Positions 35,901-49,089 of a DNA stretch of 64,000 nt are shown one piece after another. This DNA is from Raillietiella orientalis (taxonomy: Eukaryota), in NCBI GenBank assembly GCA_036172245.1, contig JAYWIR010000059.1, positions 186,001 to 250,000 on the forward strand, read 5' to 3'. The stretch's first letter is position 1. Each line of letters opens with the position of its first letter. A program made the position numbers and the translations under genes. The notes beneath the pieces are model-generated. The model was given only the letters and a program-made list of their open reading frames with translations, had not been told where the DNA came from and did no database searches.

Positions 35901-37139
35901 GGCTTCTTTTTCCTAATTTGATAAGAGATATTGCTAGCATGTAACTGAATGAAATTTTGCATGTTTTAACACACACACAGACACAAAAGTACTTAGTGCC
36001 ATTTTTGAGATTTACACTTTGATAATTTAAGTTCTCTAAAGAATAAATATTTTTAATTGAATCTAAATGAAACTCATGGAATACAAACATTACTTACATG
36101 GTGACCTAGCCGTTTGGAAGCATCAACAAATTTTACTTGTTCTAAGACATTTAATTCATGACAACAGGCTAATAAAGAGCAATCAGATTTAGCCATAATT
36201 AGATTATCAATATTCTGCCGAAGATGATGTGTTGCCCATTCCAGTTGGAATAAGTCCTTTATTTGTTGAATCATCTATAGAAAAAGATAATCTTAATCTT
36301 AATCAATGGATAACTGTAGGAGAAACATATATACCCAGCAAACTTAATAAATTGGTTATGAGTACTTTTTGAGTCAGTTAAGCATATTTTAAAGGAAACT
36401 AACAATGTATAATTTCTAAAGTGATCTGCAATGGGGATTTTCCACATAGAATATTTTCATGCATATTTAAGCAGTGTTATATGTGAAATGCACTCAAGTT
36501 TCCCAACACTCCCATTTCTGTTTAACCTTCACCATTTAAACATATAGAACAGATCAGGCTCATCATTTCGGCAAGCTTAATCAAGTACGCCACTATGTCA
36601 ACCTTATTCTAAAACTCATTCGATTTCATTATACTGTCTCATAAGAAACTCTTGAATACTTTCTTGAATGTGAATACATATACATAAGATTGGCGATCAA
36701 TAGGCGACACCAGATACATTAAATATGTTAATTATTACAGTGAGAAATTCTAAATTGCAGGAATTTTCACTAAATATTTCATAAAGTGGCACACGCTTTC
36801 TTTTCTTTCTATGGCCTTTCTCACAATGACATTGCTAGCCAAGAAACCTTTTAATGAACTAATGGATACCTTGGCTGGCAATTTGTGGATAACATTTTTA
36901 AAATTCAATTTACTTCTTTACATCTTATCCCATTCATCACTGAAAGGGGTTGAACAATTGCATAAAGCATATAAATTGGCTACATATATATATCTAAGCT
37001 CTACACAGAAATGTGATTAAACAGAAACAAATACCTGTTCATTGAGGAGATGTAGATATTGTTTTTCAGACTGTACAATAAGTTTCTCCTTCTTGAGATT
37101 TTCAGCGATTTCTACTAGATCTTTGAGAGTTATATGCAT
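26918..37139 (-). CDS. GAPVD1: GTPase-activating protein and VPS9 domain-containing protein 1 (Gapex-5/RME-6), ~1359 aa, 21 exons
   Basis: Hand-spliced GT-AG exons keep frame throughout (4080 nt total): 37139-37035, 36274-36098, 35259-34438, 32048-31920, 31862-31661, 31610-31356, 31311-31159, 31052-30879, 30830-30739, 30697-30570, 30526-30438, 30391-30302, 28950-28753, 28701-28616, 28565-28400, 28357-28125, 28078-27945, 27902-27789, 27746-27535, 27486-27101, 27052-26918. N-terminal RasGAP-like region ([31 protein letters not shown]), SETWSTDVL, and a C-terminal VPS9 domain ([32 protein letters not shown]). Exons 12-14 are least certain. Confidence 0.95.
34159..34222. repeat. 16-bp inverted repeat plus extra partial copies, in GAPVD1 intron 3
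   Basis: CTTAATTAGAGTTGGC-TGCAG-GCCAACTCTAATTAAG, followed by CCAACTCT, GTTGGC and CTTAATTAGA again. Confidence 0.9.
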
Positions 37140-37153
37140 TTTTTTTTTAAAGA

Positions 37154-37161
37154 TATCGATA
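37154..37161. promoter_or_regulatory. DRE-like palindrome TATCGATA upstream of the GAPVD1 start codon
   Basis: Exact TATCGATA 15 nt upstream of the ATG, with near matches TATCGATT at ~37355 and ~37812. The DRE marks housekeeping promoters in insects; the TSS is unknown. Confidence 0.3.
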
Positions 37162-40100
37162 AATACAGATATATTCCTTCATCCTAATTTTACAATTCCA
37201 TCACCATGTGTTGTTTTTCGAACTAGCACGAAACTGTCATACTCTCATATACTATTAAAGTTTGATAGTTGGAAAACAAATGCATTAGTGTTTACACTTA
37301 TGGGTTGTTTCGAGAGAGTCACGTTCCGTGGAATTATTCACAACAAAAAAATCCTATCGATTACTAACGCAAAAGAATCCTGACTGAAGGTAGCTAAAGG
37401 TTGTACAAGAAATGGTCGTATGCCCACTGATTACCGAAGAGTCTTCCTCGTAAAACATACGTACAAATGAATCTTATATAAGCTTTCCAATGAGCGATCT
37501 GGCGATTATTGTGGCTGGGAAAGCATTTCTTCTTCAAAACCTTGTTAAGGATGGCATGAAGGAATACATTGCAGTCCAAGGATAAATACTTGTTGATTTG
37601 GTAGATTCGTTGACGAGGTGTTCAGACATTCAGACTTCCGAATTTTCGTGATTTCGGGAGGATTCAGTAATTTTAGTAATTTACATAACGACATGAAAAT
37701 TTATGCAAATTACATAATGTTGCTGCTTCGCTTCTACCGATTTGAGTAATCGTCGATAGGGAGTCAAATTGTTATTCCTTCCGGGAACTTTTTCTGCAGA
37801 TGGAATTCCTATATCGATTTTCTCGGGGTCTTAATTAGTTAAATGCAAATTAATGCTACGATCCTTTCTTATCTGTGGAAATTTTATTTTTTTCGTTCAA
37901 CTGCTCCATTTATAGTTCACTCATCCATAAAAGTATGTCTGCTATACTAGGAATATAGAAATAATTTAGATGAATCACAGATAGATTAACCATCAATTCC
38001 ATGGACAGATTAAGTGTCTGGCATACCCGAACAATTGACTAATTATCAATGAATGTAATCTAGATATCATCTCTGCATTTGTACTCAAATGTTTCCAGCT
38101 GAATTTTTCAAAATGAGCACAGTTCATATATAAATTAGATATAATGAAACGAATTATACAATAATAAATTAATATGTATTTACTGTGATGTAAAATCTTG
38201 CACTTTATTTAACATTTTTGAGTTTAATTTTCTAGAGACTTTTTGGACTAGAGATAAGATTCCAGTCTTCCAGATAATACAACAATATGTTTCAAAATAT
38301 TAAAGCAAATCACCACGAAAAATCTTACGAATATTTTATTCTGATAGGAAAAAGAATTCCACTGTATTTTATCAAATTGCAGGATTATATGCAAAGATTT
38401 GTAATCACAATTTTGACAGCACTTGTTTTGGAAAACAACTGTTATCTCGTTGTCATTAATTTCGTATAAACTGGTTGTTTCATTAAAAACTTACCATGCA
38501 TCAGTTAATAAGTGTAGGTAAAGCCTTTCTGAATACAAACACTTCAGACAAAGAAAAAATGGTCGAGCTTGGCATTCCTGCTTTACGAAATTTCAATTAC
38601 GTTTGTTTTAAAGCTTGTGTCTTTAGCTTTCTGATTTGCAGAAAAGTTCGTCCTCTGTGACTTTTTATCGAACTCGCAAAGGCAAACCTTTCTTCGAACC
38701 AGAAAGTAAGTGAGAGTACCTTTCGAAGATATCCTGAATCTTTGTTAAAGTTAATCAACTTTTCCTAACCCCGCTAAGACAAGCCGTGGAAGGCTAGAAG
38801 AGTTGCTGGAGTCGCAAATAGGCATTATGCTTTATCATACCGTTTTGCCATATAGAAGCTCACATTTACGCATTTCATGTAAGACGTCTGGAATGCATTT
38901 AATGAATCTAGAAAGAATTTCATTTGTTCAAGGGGACACAAGTGCGACCACTTGTGTCCATGCATAAGATCCTACGAGTATCCTTAGATGTGGTGTGCTC
39001 CACTAGTTGGCACATGAAGGAATTCCTGGCGGCGCAGGGTGCTTTCTTAATGTGCGATAGAAATCCGAATTTCTTACCTGACGGGTGGATGTTTAAGTCA
39101 GTATGTAGTCACTCATAAAATCCCTGTCATTCCAGTCATGTCTTGTCCAACGGCTACGCATGCTCCACCCATTTTGCTGAAAAGGATCTACATTTGTATA
39201 GTCTTTTACTTTTGCACCTATTCAGGTGTCATCTGTGAATGGATTTTACAGGATTCCCAATTGCTAGCAGCTCGTGCTTCAACATTCATGCTGATCATTC
39301 ATCCATATCAATTCCTCATCTGGAGCGCGTAATTGAAACCCTCGCTCCAGGATTTGCTTTTGCAAGTTCACAGGAGTGAACATTTTCACACATCCTTAGT
39401 AAACATCGTTACACAGGATACATGAGACAGGATTCAATGCTCTTCGAAAGTATGCTAACTCGGAAAAAATTTTTTTTTTTTATTGTGAGCTCAATTTTCT
39501 TGAGAATTAGGTAAGAATTAGGGTGAGAATTGAATTATTTCTGGATCATAGGAGGACCTAAGCCCAAACCTGGATTACAACCTTTGGTTATACCGTATGG
39601 ATTAGCGAAAACAAATACCGCCTGATAAATACATACCTACAGAGATCGATTCAGTGAGCTTATTTTACGTGATGCAACTAAATATTACATGTCCAGTGAC
39701 CACTGTATACTCCTGGTACTCATGCTCAACTTCAGTGGTGACCCCATTCCCTTGTAACCACTGCATCTGGCTGGAAAAAAAACAGGAAATGAGGAGGATG
39801 AAACAAGAACAAAAATCGGGGACTCCTTAAAATCATTTCCTTCTTGTACCTTCCTCCTCACTAAGAAGGACTAACTGAATGGCTTTCCTTACAGACAGGT
39901 GGACATTCATGTCCACGGGCTGACTTAATTTTCTTCGAGTCCATTCATTTTGTAGCTTTTATTCGTCGAAACAAATGCTTTTTCTTGAGGGAATTGCCTA
40001 GAAGCAGCCTTGCGATTGTATTTCTGTGGTGGGAAAAGGTATTTTGACAGCTGTCGTGGGCTGTCCAAAATAAGCCAATGAATTCACTTCGGAGTTAGAC

Positions 40101-41639
40101 TACTGTCTGGAGGTTGCAGAGATATCTTTGCAGCCCAGAAAACATAAGATTTGAAGGTTGAGGCAAGAGGAGGACACACGACATGTTTATAAGAACACGA
40201 AGAAAATCTTTTAAATTGTACAGTAGGCGCTGCAGAAGCAGTTCGGATGAAATTCTCTTGGAAAGCTTTTCGATTTTGCAAAGGAAACCTTTTTTTAAAT
40301 TATTTATTGCAGAAAAGTAAGTTTGGATATCAGGTTAAATTGATTTTCCAAGACCCGTTAGCGTTGTCACACCTAAAGTATGTAGCTTTGCTGTCCAATT
40401 CGAGCTATTCTTTTTTCAATCAGAAAGAAACAAAAACTAAGATGAACTAGTTTTCTTTTGAGAATCGAACATCCAGGCAGTGATGGTGTCAGGACAAGGT
40501 ACTTTGCCTCTGAATACAAGATCGAGAAGTTGCTCCCAGATGTACAAGATCGAGCTCCTTTCTCTCCTATCAGATCAAGCTCTTGACATCCGGCAAAGAT
40601 TATCAAAACGACCCTTATTACCCTGTAAGGCACCTCATTGAAGGTACATAATATGCCTCACCTTCGGATACATCCTTCTGACACAGTGTATCAGGAATTC
40701 CTGTAGCTACTCAGAGAAGCACAATCTTATCTGTCAATCGTGTCACCGCTCATAGCAAGCATCTCTGAAGGAACAGTCAGTATTTTTCCAGCTATAATAA
40801 GGAAATGATGCATTGTTGCGCTCTTAGAAAAATTTTTCATTTCTGCGTGATATCTTTGTACATCTCATAAAGGCCGCACATGGATATGTAATCAAAATAT
40901 GGCATTTCAAATAAAGCGTGAAAATTTATATTTCATCCTGAACTTAAACGTCTTCACGTTTGAGGAAAGAGTTATAAAGAACTTTGGAGTTTGAGGATGA
41001 ATGTTGCGTAAGAGATCCAGATTGCAGATTCTTCTGAACATGGTTTTGAGGAATATACGAGGAGATCTGGCAATCGAAACAGGAAATGAAGAACAAAGAG
41101 AACGAGAAAGTTGAGGGAGATTGCATTCTTTATTTAGCTGAAAGATACAAATACATAAAATGTCCCCAACTAATAGGAGCCTGCTTAACACTCGAGGAGC
41201 GAGATCTTGAAAAGATGCTGCCAGAGTAACAAATCTGCCGCTGGAAGATCAGTTCCTATCAATATCACATATAGAAAAATTCAGAGGTTCAAAATCTTTT
41301 TTTTCTTCCCTCCCTTACGGAGATTACACCTCTGGGTTTTCAGGGAACCTGGAATCCATTCCCTACATTCCTTTCCTTCAAGTTCTGTTGTTGATATTCA
41401 GCTATGTAAATACGAAGATATATGATATATGATGCAATGGAAAAGCTCAATGTGGCATTGCACCTTCCAGAATGTCCATGAATAAGTGTCAGCCGCGGAA
41501 ATTTATGTTCATCTAGCTGCAATCAGATGCACCGCTCTTGAAATTGCAGTCTTCCTTCAGAATTTCAAGAACTGACGTCGTTCTTCATTGCTTCACGGAA
41601 AAAGGATGGTCTTGAGGAAGAAGATGTTTCCCAGGAATT

Positions 41640-42860
41640 TTAAAATTTCTTGACATTTCATGGACGCAATGCTCAAGGGTATTTTTGTGGACACGGACTG
41701 TTTCAGAGATAAACTGGAATCATAGTTTCATCTTTCTCGATTGTTAGAAAATAACGCAGGGGTCATCACAGTTGTTAAATTGAAATTAGCTATCTTCATG
41801 AAACGTGATCTTGCAGGATTCAATTTACGTTTACTTTAATCCTCTTCGCATTAAAGTAAACGTTGCGCTCAAGAATTCCTATCTCTTCCTGTTTGGGATA
41901 TGTGCCGTTTTTGTTGACCGGATTGGTCGATTTGAATGGATCCATCGCAGAAACAGCCCCGCATGCTTGCAGCAAGACTATCCTTGAGCATCTTGACTTG
42001 GACGAGATGGTTGTCCTCCAGGTCATCGTTATTTCCGGCAGCTGATTCCTTGGAAGCGAGGGGATCATCGCTTCTTATGGAGCAGCCTCCCGAACGCTGT
42101 GGGCTCTACTGGTGATGGCACTATTGGATCTCATTCATCTAGATAGCCAGCTTTTGAAACAGGCTCGGCTTCCTACCATTCTGTAGGGATATTTCGGCGA
42201 ATATGAACTACTATTCTTTAGTTGATATTCGCAATCAGGTAACGACTATCCCGTTGCGTGAAGACTGGGAAGTCCGAGACATCACTGCCTCGCATCAAGC
42301 ACATGCACTTCAGATGGGAACTGATGTGGATTAGAGAACAAAAGGAGATCGTGTTGACGATTCTTGGTTTGGAAGAACCTACATGCCTATTTGACCACGT
42401 ACCTAAATACCTATTTGACCTCGTGGACAGAGCCTGCAGTCTCGTTAAACCAAATTTCTGGTCGTCTGGTCATGACAGCAGAAATAGACAAAGAACAGAC
42501 AAGGAATAGACAAGCAGCTCTGTCTGAAGTCTGAGATGAGCGACCTGGAACTGGATTCACGGAGCTCCCTCCACCTTGAACTCGTCTTACGTCATGCCTG
42601 ACACCTCTGTTCTATCGAATCATTGCTTCACTGGTTCCTAGGATGCTTTCAAGTACCGTCTCTAAAGAAAGATTTTTCAAATTCGGCCATGGCCCATCAT
42701 GGCAGATTCTGAAATGATCTCAAGATCCGCAAGGCATAATTCCTTCCTGCCCTGATTCTTCACCCATTCCGTAATGCTCAAAGGAGTTCAAGTCCAGCCT
42801 CAACAGACTACCTGAACTTCCCGTATCTCCTGAAGCTGTAAAATCTTCAACCTGTGGATG
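41640..42860 (+). mobile_element. Heavily decayed APE/linker remnant of a LINE (Tx1/L1-like)
   Basis: GRNAQG (cf. WNARG), IIASYGAASRTLW...LPTIL*GYF (cf. N.YAP...ILGDF) and EFKSSLNRL (cf. RT entry). Confidence 0.4.
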
Positions 42861-43082
42861 AAATGTTTAGGATCGCGCATTCCTGTTAGAAAGTCTCAGA
42901 GAATACATCGAGGGGTAATCTCAACTGTAATGAACTGTCCCACTGTGCTGTCCACTGTTACTACTAAACTGTTCAACTGTACTATCCATTCTTGCACGTT
43001 CCACTGTACAGTGGAAAGTGCAAGAGTATGCTCAAGAAAGAAAGATCGCGAAGTATCAAAGATTCTTTTCCAGTGATTTTCC

Positions 43083-44300
43083 TTTTCACCGGCCATGCCG
43101 GGGTGTTTATTTAAGAAGGAAATAATTGACAGAATAACTTGGGAAAAGAGTTCACAAGGGTAACAAATAGAAGACCGCGGGACGGGTTCACCGGTACGCA
43201 GGCTTGACATGCAGAGAATCCGGAGTGGGAGGAAGGGGACAATAAACCAAAATGGATAGGGAAATAGAGGGTAGGAGTCTTAAATGTAGCCTATTCCTTC
43301 ATCTCTACATCCCTCGCAAGGTGTGAATGAACTCCCTGGATTCTTTTGAGTGGAAATGGATATTCCCCGCTACAGCTCTCACGAAGAGACCTGCTAGGGG
43401 GATGACTTCCCGCTGCTTACCATAGCTCCGGAACTACTCGGGCTGTGAAGATGGTGCGTACGCAATCCAATGTTGCCATTACCACGCCAAATGAAAGTCC
43501 GTCCCATGTAAAGAAGCGTCGCGGCAAGTATTTCGTCGTGCCATTCGAATGTACCAGAGCTCAATTCAGCCTGCTCCACCGCTCCTGGAGGGCACCGCAT
43601 TCCAATAATGAGTGCAGGAACGATTCAATCGTTCCAGACCTAGAACAGTTCAAGGACTCAATTCCCCTGGAAACGAGGTTTAGGTGCCTTTTTACATTGA
43701 AAACTCTAATGTAGAAAGAGCAACACCTCATGTGACCACTTGAAGGTAAGTATGGAAGCATTTATACAGAGGACAGGGACCCCTAGTTCTGCAGAAACAT
43801 ACTGAAGAGTTCTTTCCACCGAAGCAGATCGGTGTCACTTCATTTGAAACGAAGAAATAGATGGAGTACATATAGGCTGCCCATTATGGTCACTGAAGAA
43901 AGATCAAGAGCATCCAGAGATGGTGAATAAAAAACAAATCCCTAATAGTCACCTATAGCAAACCCATGCAACAGAAAAGGGAAAATACGAAAAGCCAAAA
44001 AGAGATTCTGCAGTCAAAGATGTACATCAGTTTGTAGATGAAAGGATTTATTTTCATGAATTGAACTGTTGAATGGTTCAGAAAGCCTAGAATGGAACAC
44101 CTTTGGAACAAAGCTGTCAGCAAAAAAGTCCGCAATAAAGGGAAATAAAAGTTATCGGAAAATTTCTAGAAAAAAAACGGGTAGGTATGATAAAATTCAT
44201 CACAGTGAAGTGCAAGGGCTGTACCGGATCATCCGGCGAAGAGCAATGAGAACAGCTTTGGGTTTACAGATACGAAGTGCAAAATGCCAGTTCAGGAAGT
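43083..44300 (-). mobile_element. Decayed Tx1-like copy (RT remnant, zinc knuckle, 3' UTR, terminal hairpin)
   Basis: NVKRHLNLVSRGIESLNCSRSGTIESFLHSLLECGALQERW (43561-43720) matches the 4381-4620 subfamily. Terminus AATAAA-CACCCCGGCATGGCCGGTG-AAAA at 43083-43111. The part above 43800 is weakly supported. Confidence 0.75.
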
Positions 44301-44399
44301 CATAGAGCACCTTGTCTGTTCCAGCTGGAATCATTTATAGGTTCTTCTATGCTGCGAAGTATCAAGATGGGAAGGAGCAACTCAGCACAAACAATGTTC

Positions 44400-45150
44400 C
44401 GTCGATCTTATGCAAAGAGGAAAATTCGTTCCCAGGATCTGATGAAATCACCTTCTATGGATGAAATCCCGTGGGCACGGAGACCGATATACTTGATACA
44501 TGCCTTAGGTTTAGACAAAATCCTATTCACTGGAAGCATTCATGGACAGTCCTACTCCCCAAATCAATCTCAGCATGAAAGGAGGCCAATATCAGTCTAT
44601 AAGAGCCAACATCTATTGTCTCTGTACAAAATATCTATCAAGAGACTATGAGAATGGCTCATGGATAACAAAATCATGTTCCTGACGAAGGACTCCCCCC
44701 CCCATGTGATGGAGTCCTGGAACAAAATTGCGTTTTGCAGCCTGGACTCGACGACTCTAGAAGACGTTTACAAGACTTATATATTGCAAGAATAAATATG
44801 AAGATTTTTGCAGCATATCGAACAAGTTGCTGCGTGGATCCAGCGAGAAAATGGACTGGGAGCGATTTTCGAAAGTATCGTCAAAAATCGTGTTTAGATG
44901 CACACACGTTTGTGCGAAAAGTCATAAGCCACCAGCACATTCAGATTAAACGGGAGTCAAGCAGGAATACATCCCTGGCTGCCTGTTGAACGAAAGGTAG
45001 AGCGTTGCCTCGGAGGTATTTCCATTCTAGTACACGGAGGCGATTTGACATTGAGCGCAAGTAGGGAGATGGACTTCGTGAGAGCATTTATCTGTTCCAT
45101 GATATGGGGCAGAAAACTGGGCTATCAGTCAAACTCTGCGAATGTACATC
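44400..45150 (+). mobile_element. RT fragment of an RLE-type (Utopia/NeSL/R2-like) retrotransposon
   Basis: Across frameshifts: SPSMDEIPW, WKHSWTVLLPK, RRPISV, KRL*EWLMDNKI, PCDGVLEQNCVLQPGLDDSRRRLQDLYIA (cf. P.DG..EHN..LQ..LD..RR...L.VAWLD) and IQIKR/GVKQ. Confidence 0.75.
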
Positions 45151-45159
45151 ATCGTTCTT

Positions 45160-45920
45160 CGCCAGCGTTAGCTTCCGTGTGTCTCCGCGCGTGGTATCCA
45201 GCGTTGCGGGTTCCAATACCCGCAAAGGATTGACATTGAGAAATGGATGCATGGTAGGTTTCGATTTCCCCTGCGGGATGACGCTGGTTGACCTATTCGG
45301 ATGAGGCACTCATGGGAGTCAGAAACCAGATGCTCTTGTTGACTGGTTGAGATTGGAAGTTGACCCTCTGGAGTCCTTCCAGGAATCAAGGAGTCGGTTT
45401 CCTTCAGAGTTCCCCTCGGTGGTGAAAATGGTGCCCTGTTCGGGCGGGAGACCCTCCATCGAGTACCATGGAGGTGCTTGATACCTCTCCAGAGTGTGAA
45501 GAGTGACCTGCTCCCTTTGGGAGAGAACCTCTAGAGAAAATATGGAAGCATCCTTTCGAGGTTCTCTTCAGAGGATTAACAAGGAGCGGTTTCCTTGCAG
45601 GTTCCTCCCGGAGAAGAAATGAGGATTACTTCCTCAGAGGGTCCCTACAGAGAGAATCAGGAAGAAGTTCCCTCCATCGTGAGGGAACCTTTGGAGACAA
45701 TTAGGGCAAGAGGTCTCTTCGGCGTTCCCTCCCAAGCGTAAGAGGAACACCCTATTCTATTCAAATTCATAGGGTGGTCCCCTCCCGGGTACTTTCTATC
45801 TTGAAAACAACACGCATCCTCGAGCGGCAGGAACAGTGTAAAGACCTTCGTGTGCCGTCAGACGAACGGTTCTCGAGTGTTTAGCGACCCCCCTCCCATA
45901 AAAAAGGCTGGGAGGAAAAC
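45160..45920 (+). mobile_element. tRNA-headed SINE-like repeat, copy 2 (uninterrupted, more decayed head)
   Basis: CCGCGCGTGGTATCCAGCGTTGCGGGTTCCAATACCCGC (T-arm-like, 45206-45223). Colinear with the reverse complement of 21180-20470 plus 19745-19615. Confidence 0.75.
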
Positions 45921-48900
45921 CTGCTCCTCTTTGAACTATATTGAGGGTTTGTTTTCACATACTTTCATGATTGAACCTTTTTTCACCAGTGAATTAAAGC
46001 ATAAAAAACAAGCACGTAGACCATAAGTATAGGCAAGATAGTTTTGAAGTTCATAATACGAAGCACCGGCCTACATACAAAATAAGTAAATGCAAAGGAA
46101 CTTTATAAAAAACTAGACCGATGTGTTTCGAAGATCAAGGAAATTAATTCACTGTGTAGACAAAACTGGAATTAGTGAAGTAATAAGCAATAATTTTATG
46201 TGATTGCTTTTTAAATGCGCACATTTCAATAGAGGCAACTGTAGTTACACAACATTAGCATGCATTGGGGGTTTTATTCAATGTTTCAAATGAATCACCT
46301 TTTTTTTTTGTAGCCTAGACTTTTCCTTTTTGCAACATAACACATTACTTTGTAATACATAAAATGTTTACTGTTCATCAACTTTGCAAAAAATGAATAC
46401 AATCGCCAGGATGATCACTCACCATGCTTCATGATTTTATAATCATTTCCGAAGATTAGACGTTAGTTTTTACACTTTAAATATTCAATATTTGTTCCCT
46501 TCGGAAGCTTGTTTTATTTTATTCATTCAATTCGCTCAAACATTATCACTAAAAATTATGCTCCGAATTATGACTTGGTTGCATCGAAAAGTATTGCAAA
46601 CTAGTGATTGCGAAACGTTTGCACATGAAGTACTTAACTGTGATTTGCTTGAGGCAACAAATGTACGTCTATATATATTATGATAAATAGCAACTTTGCT
46701 CAATCAGTGGCACAAGTAACATCAGATACAAAATGTTTTTCATGATTTACACAGCAATTACTCAATGATAATTTTATAGGGAATTGTAAAATATTCACTA
46801 ACAAAATTATTATACCAAATCATGTTGCATGATTAGAAACGAAACACACACACATTAGCCTAGGAAAATTTTTCAATTCTGGATATGTGGTTCCTGCGTG
46901 GGTATATTATGTGATCTGGAAAAACGTCCCAACAATACATTTGCATAGAAACAATAATTTAAAAATCAAAATGAATCTGAAATACAAATGGTATAAAATA
47001 ATTAATTTCAGGCTTTGGACTAAAGTATTAATAGATTTTATAAAACTAGCTTTTAGATGCACTTGCTGAATTCAAAACTGTTTGCAGAATGATCCTGAAA
47101 GGGACTGAATTCTACATGTACAAAAGAAGTAGTAAAAGAAAACTTATTTTTTTTATTAAATCATCTTCATTTCGTAGAAAGCATTCACATGATGCTGCAG
47201 GCATGAACAAATTACCTGTAGTGAGGGCATAAATAATAAGATTGGGAATTTGCATGTATACATGCCAAATATAACTTGAGCCTCTGTTCACTGATTGAAT
47301 GAACATCAGCTTACATATTGGAACATTGGCACTTTCATCTTTTCCTCTTGAATCTTTTGTCAAACATAAGAGACATTCATTCATTTCATGTAGGAAAAGC
47401 TAAGTAGGGTTTTTAAAGGATGGCTGTTTGAATTCAACCCTTAGAGTTTGCAAAATGTATATAGCACAATTAAAGCATCCAAATCTTAATATCTGCAAGT
47501 ACTTTTTCGCAGCATCTTGCTCTTGGTTTCATAAAATTGGGGGTTTACTGATATTTACAATACCTGCTCCTGGAATAATAGTATGCAAGTGCCATAAATG
47601 ATATGCTATGCAAAATATGTCCAAACTACACAAGAACCACCAGTTTTGTAACCATAAAAGTAAAAAAAAATTCCATTAAACGACTCAATGTATAAAATTC
47701 CGATTCCTGATCAATTCCCGATTCCTTTTTCTTATCTGGGGATTAAAATTTCTCACACAAATTATGTTTTACCCTTCTAAATAAACTTTTGATAGGGGCT
47801 ATTATGGCTCTAAGAACTGTGGAACTAGGATAACTGGTGATGGTGAGAGGGAAACGATGAATATGGGAGCTAGTTTTTATAAAATACAGCTGATTAATGA
47901 AATCAACAAATTTCAAATCAACCAGTGCACACTCACATAAATTATAATAATATATTTTCCTCATCAGATTATCTATTACCACTACTTGTACTAAGACTTT
48001 ACTTGGAGATTCTGGGACAGATTAACATATATTTCTGCTTGAAAATCTTGATGAACTCTATGCACATAGATGTCCAATGCAAGTAATAATTTTAGCACTT
48101 TCAGCTGATTTCAAGGGTTTTCAATGAATTTCTTTACATGACTAACTCAGCTTTATTTACTGCTCAAATGAATATATAAAAAAAAAGTTCAAGAATTTTT
48201 TCTGCAGCAACATGCTAGTAATGATTGACATATGCATAAGCTTTTGGCTTCTTAACAGTATGATACAGTCAATGTTGCTATGAGCATTTCTTTCACACAT
48301 CAATAAGAGTGACATAATCGCTTCTGCTATTTTTGAAACAATGAACTTCTTTATTATGCTACTCGGACAGCTGTTATGAAGTTTTAAATACAATCTTGCT
48401 ATGAAAATATAATTTAGTTTTGCTACAAATATTCAATTAGGTGTTTACCAACATTCTGATTCTCACATGGATTGATTTGTGCATTTCAATTTTCAGTTTT
48501 TCCTGCATGCAATAATTTTAGCATCAATAAAAGTAGCCAGAAAACCACACTAGACCACAAAAGATATTTTTAACATGCATATGACTATGCAATGCTCTAT
48601 GCTTTGCTTACTTGATGAAAACAAAAATCTAGCCCTTCCAATTACAATCTACATTTAGTCTGATTTATAAAGGAATAAGTACGCAATAATACTATTGAAT
48701 GCATCTCATTATTAACAAACATAACTGCTAATTACTGCTTCAAATCACATAAGTCAAGCTTTGATATAAAGAAATGCATGGCTATGAGAAAATCAGTGCA
48801 AGAAAGGTTGTCAAAGACTAGGGCAATTGTGCAAACTGAAAGTGAATATTCAAAAGAATTAGTGCCAATGATGATTTCAATCAATCATGTGTAAAAGAAA

Positions 48901-49089
48901 AAAACTAAAAACCTTCAAAATTAAAGTGTTTACACACCTCATGGTGGAATCCAAAAAACTCATTGTGACCAAGTAAGATCAGTTAAATATATGCACTTTA
49001 AACAGGATACCATTTGCTTATACTCAAGGTACAGTTGCACAAGAGACTGACTATTACATGTAAAATGCTTTACAATAATGTAATGGTAG

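Noticed and set aside
40400..41550. Another Penelope-like RT relic on the minus strand (EHKFPRL, LVGDILCI, NIHPQ)
   Set aside because: Motif resemblance is marginal and cannot be separated from chance by eye.
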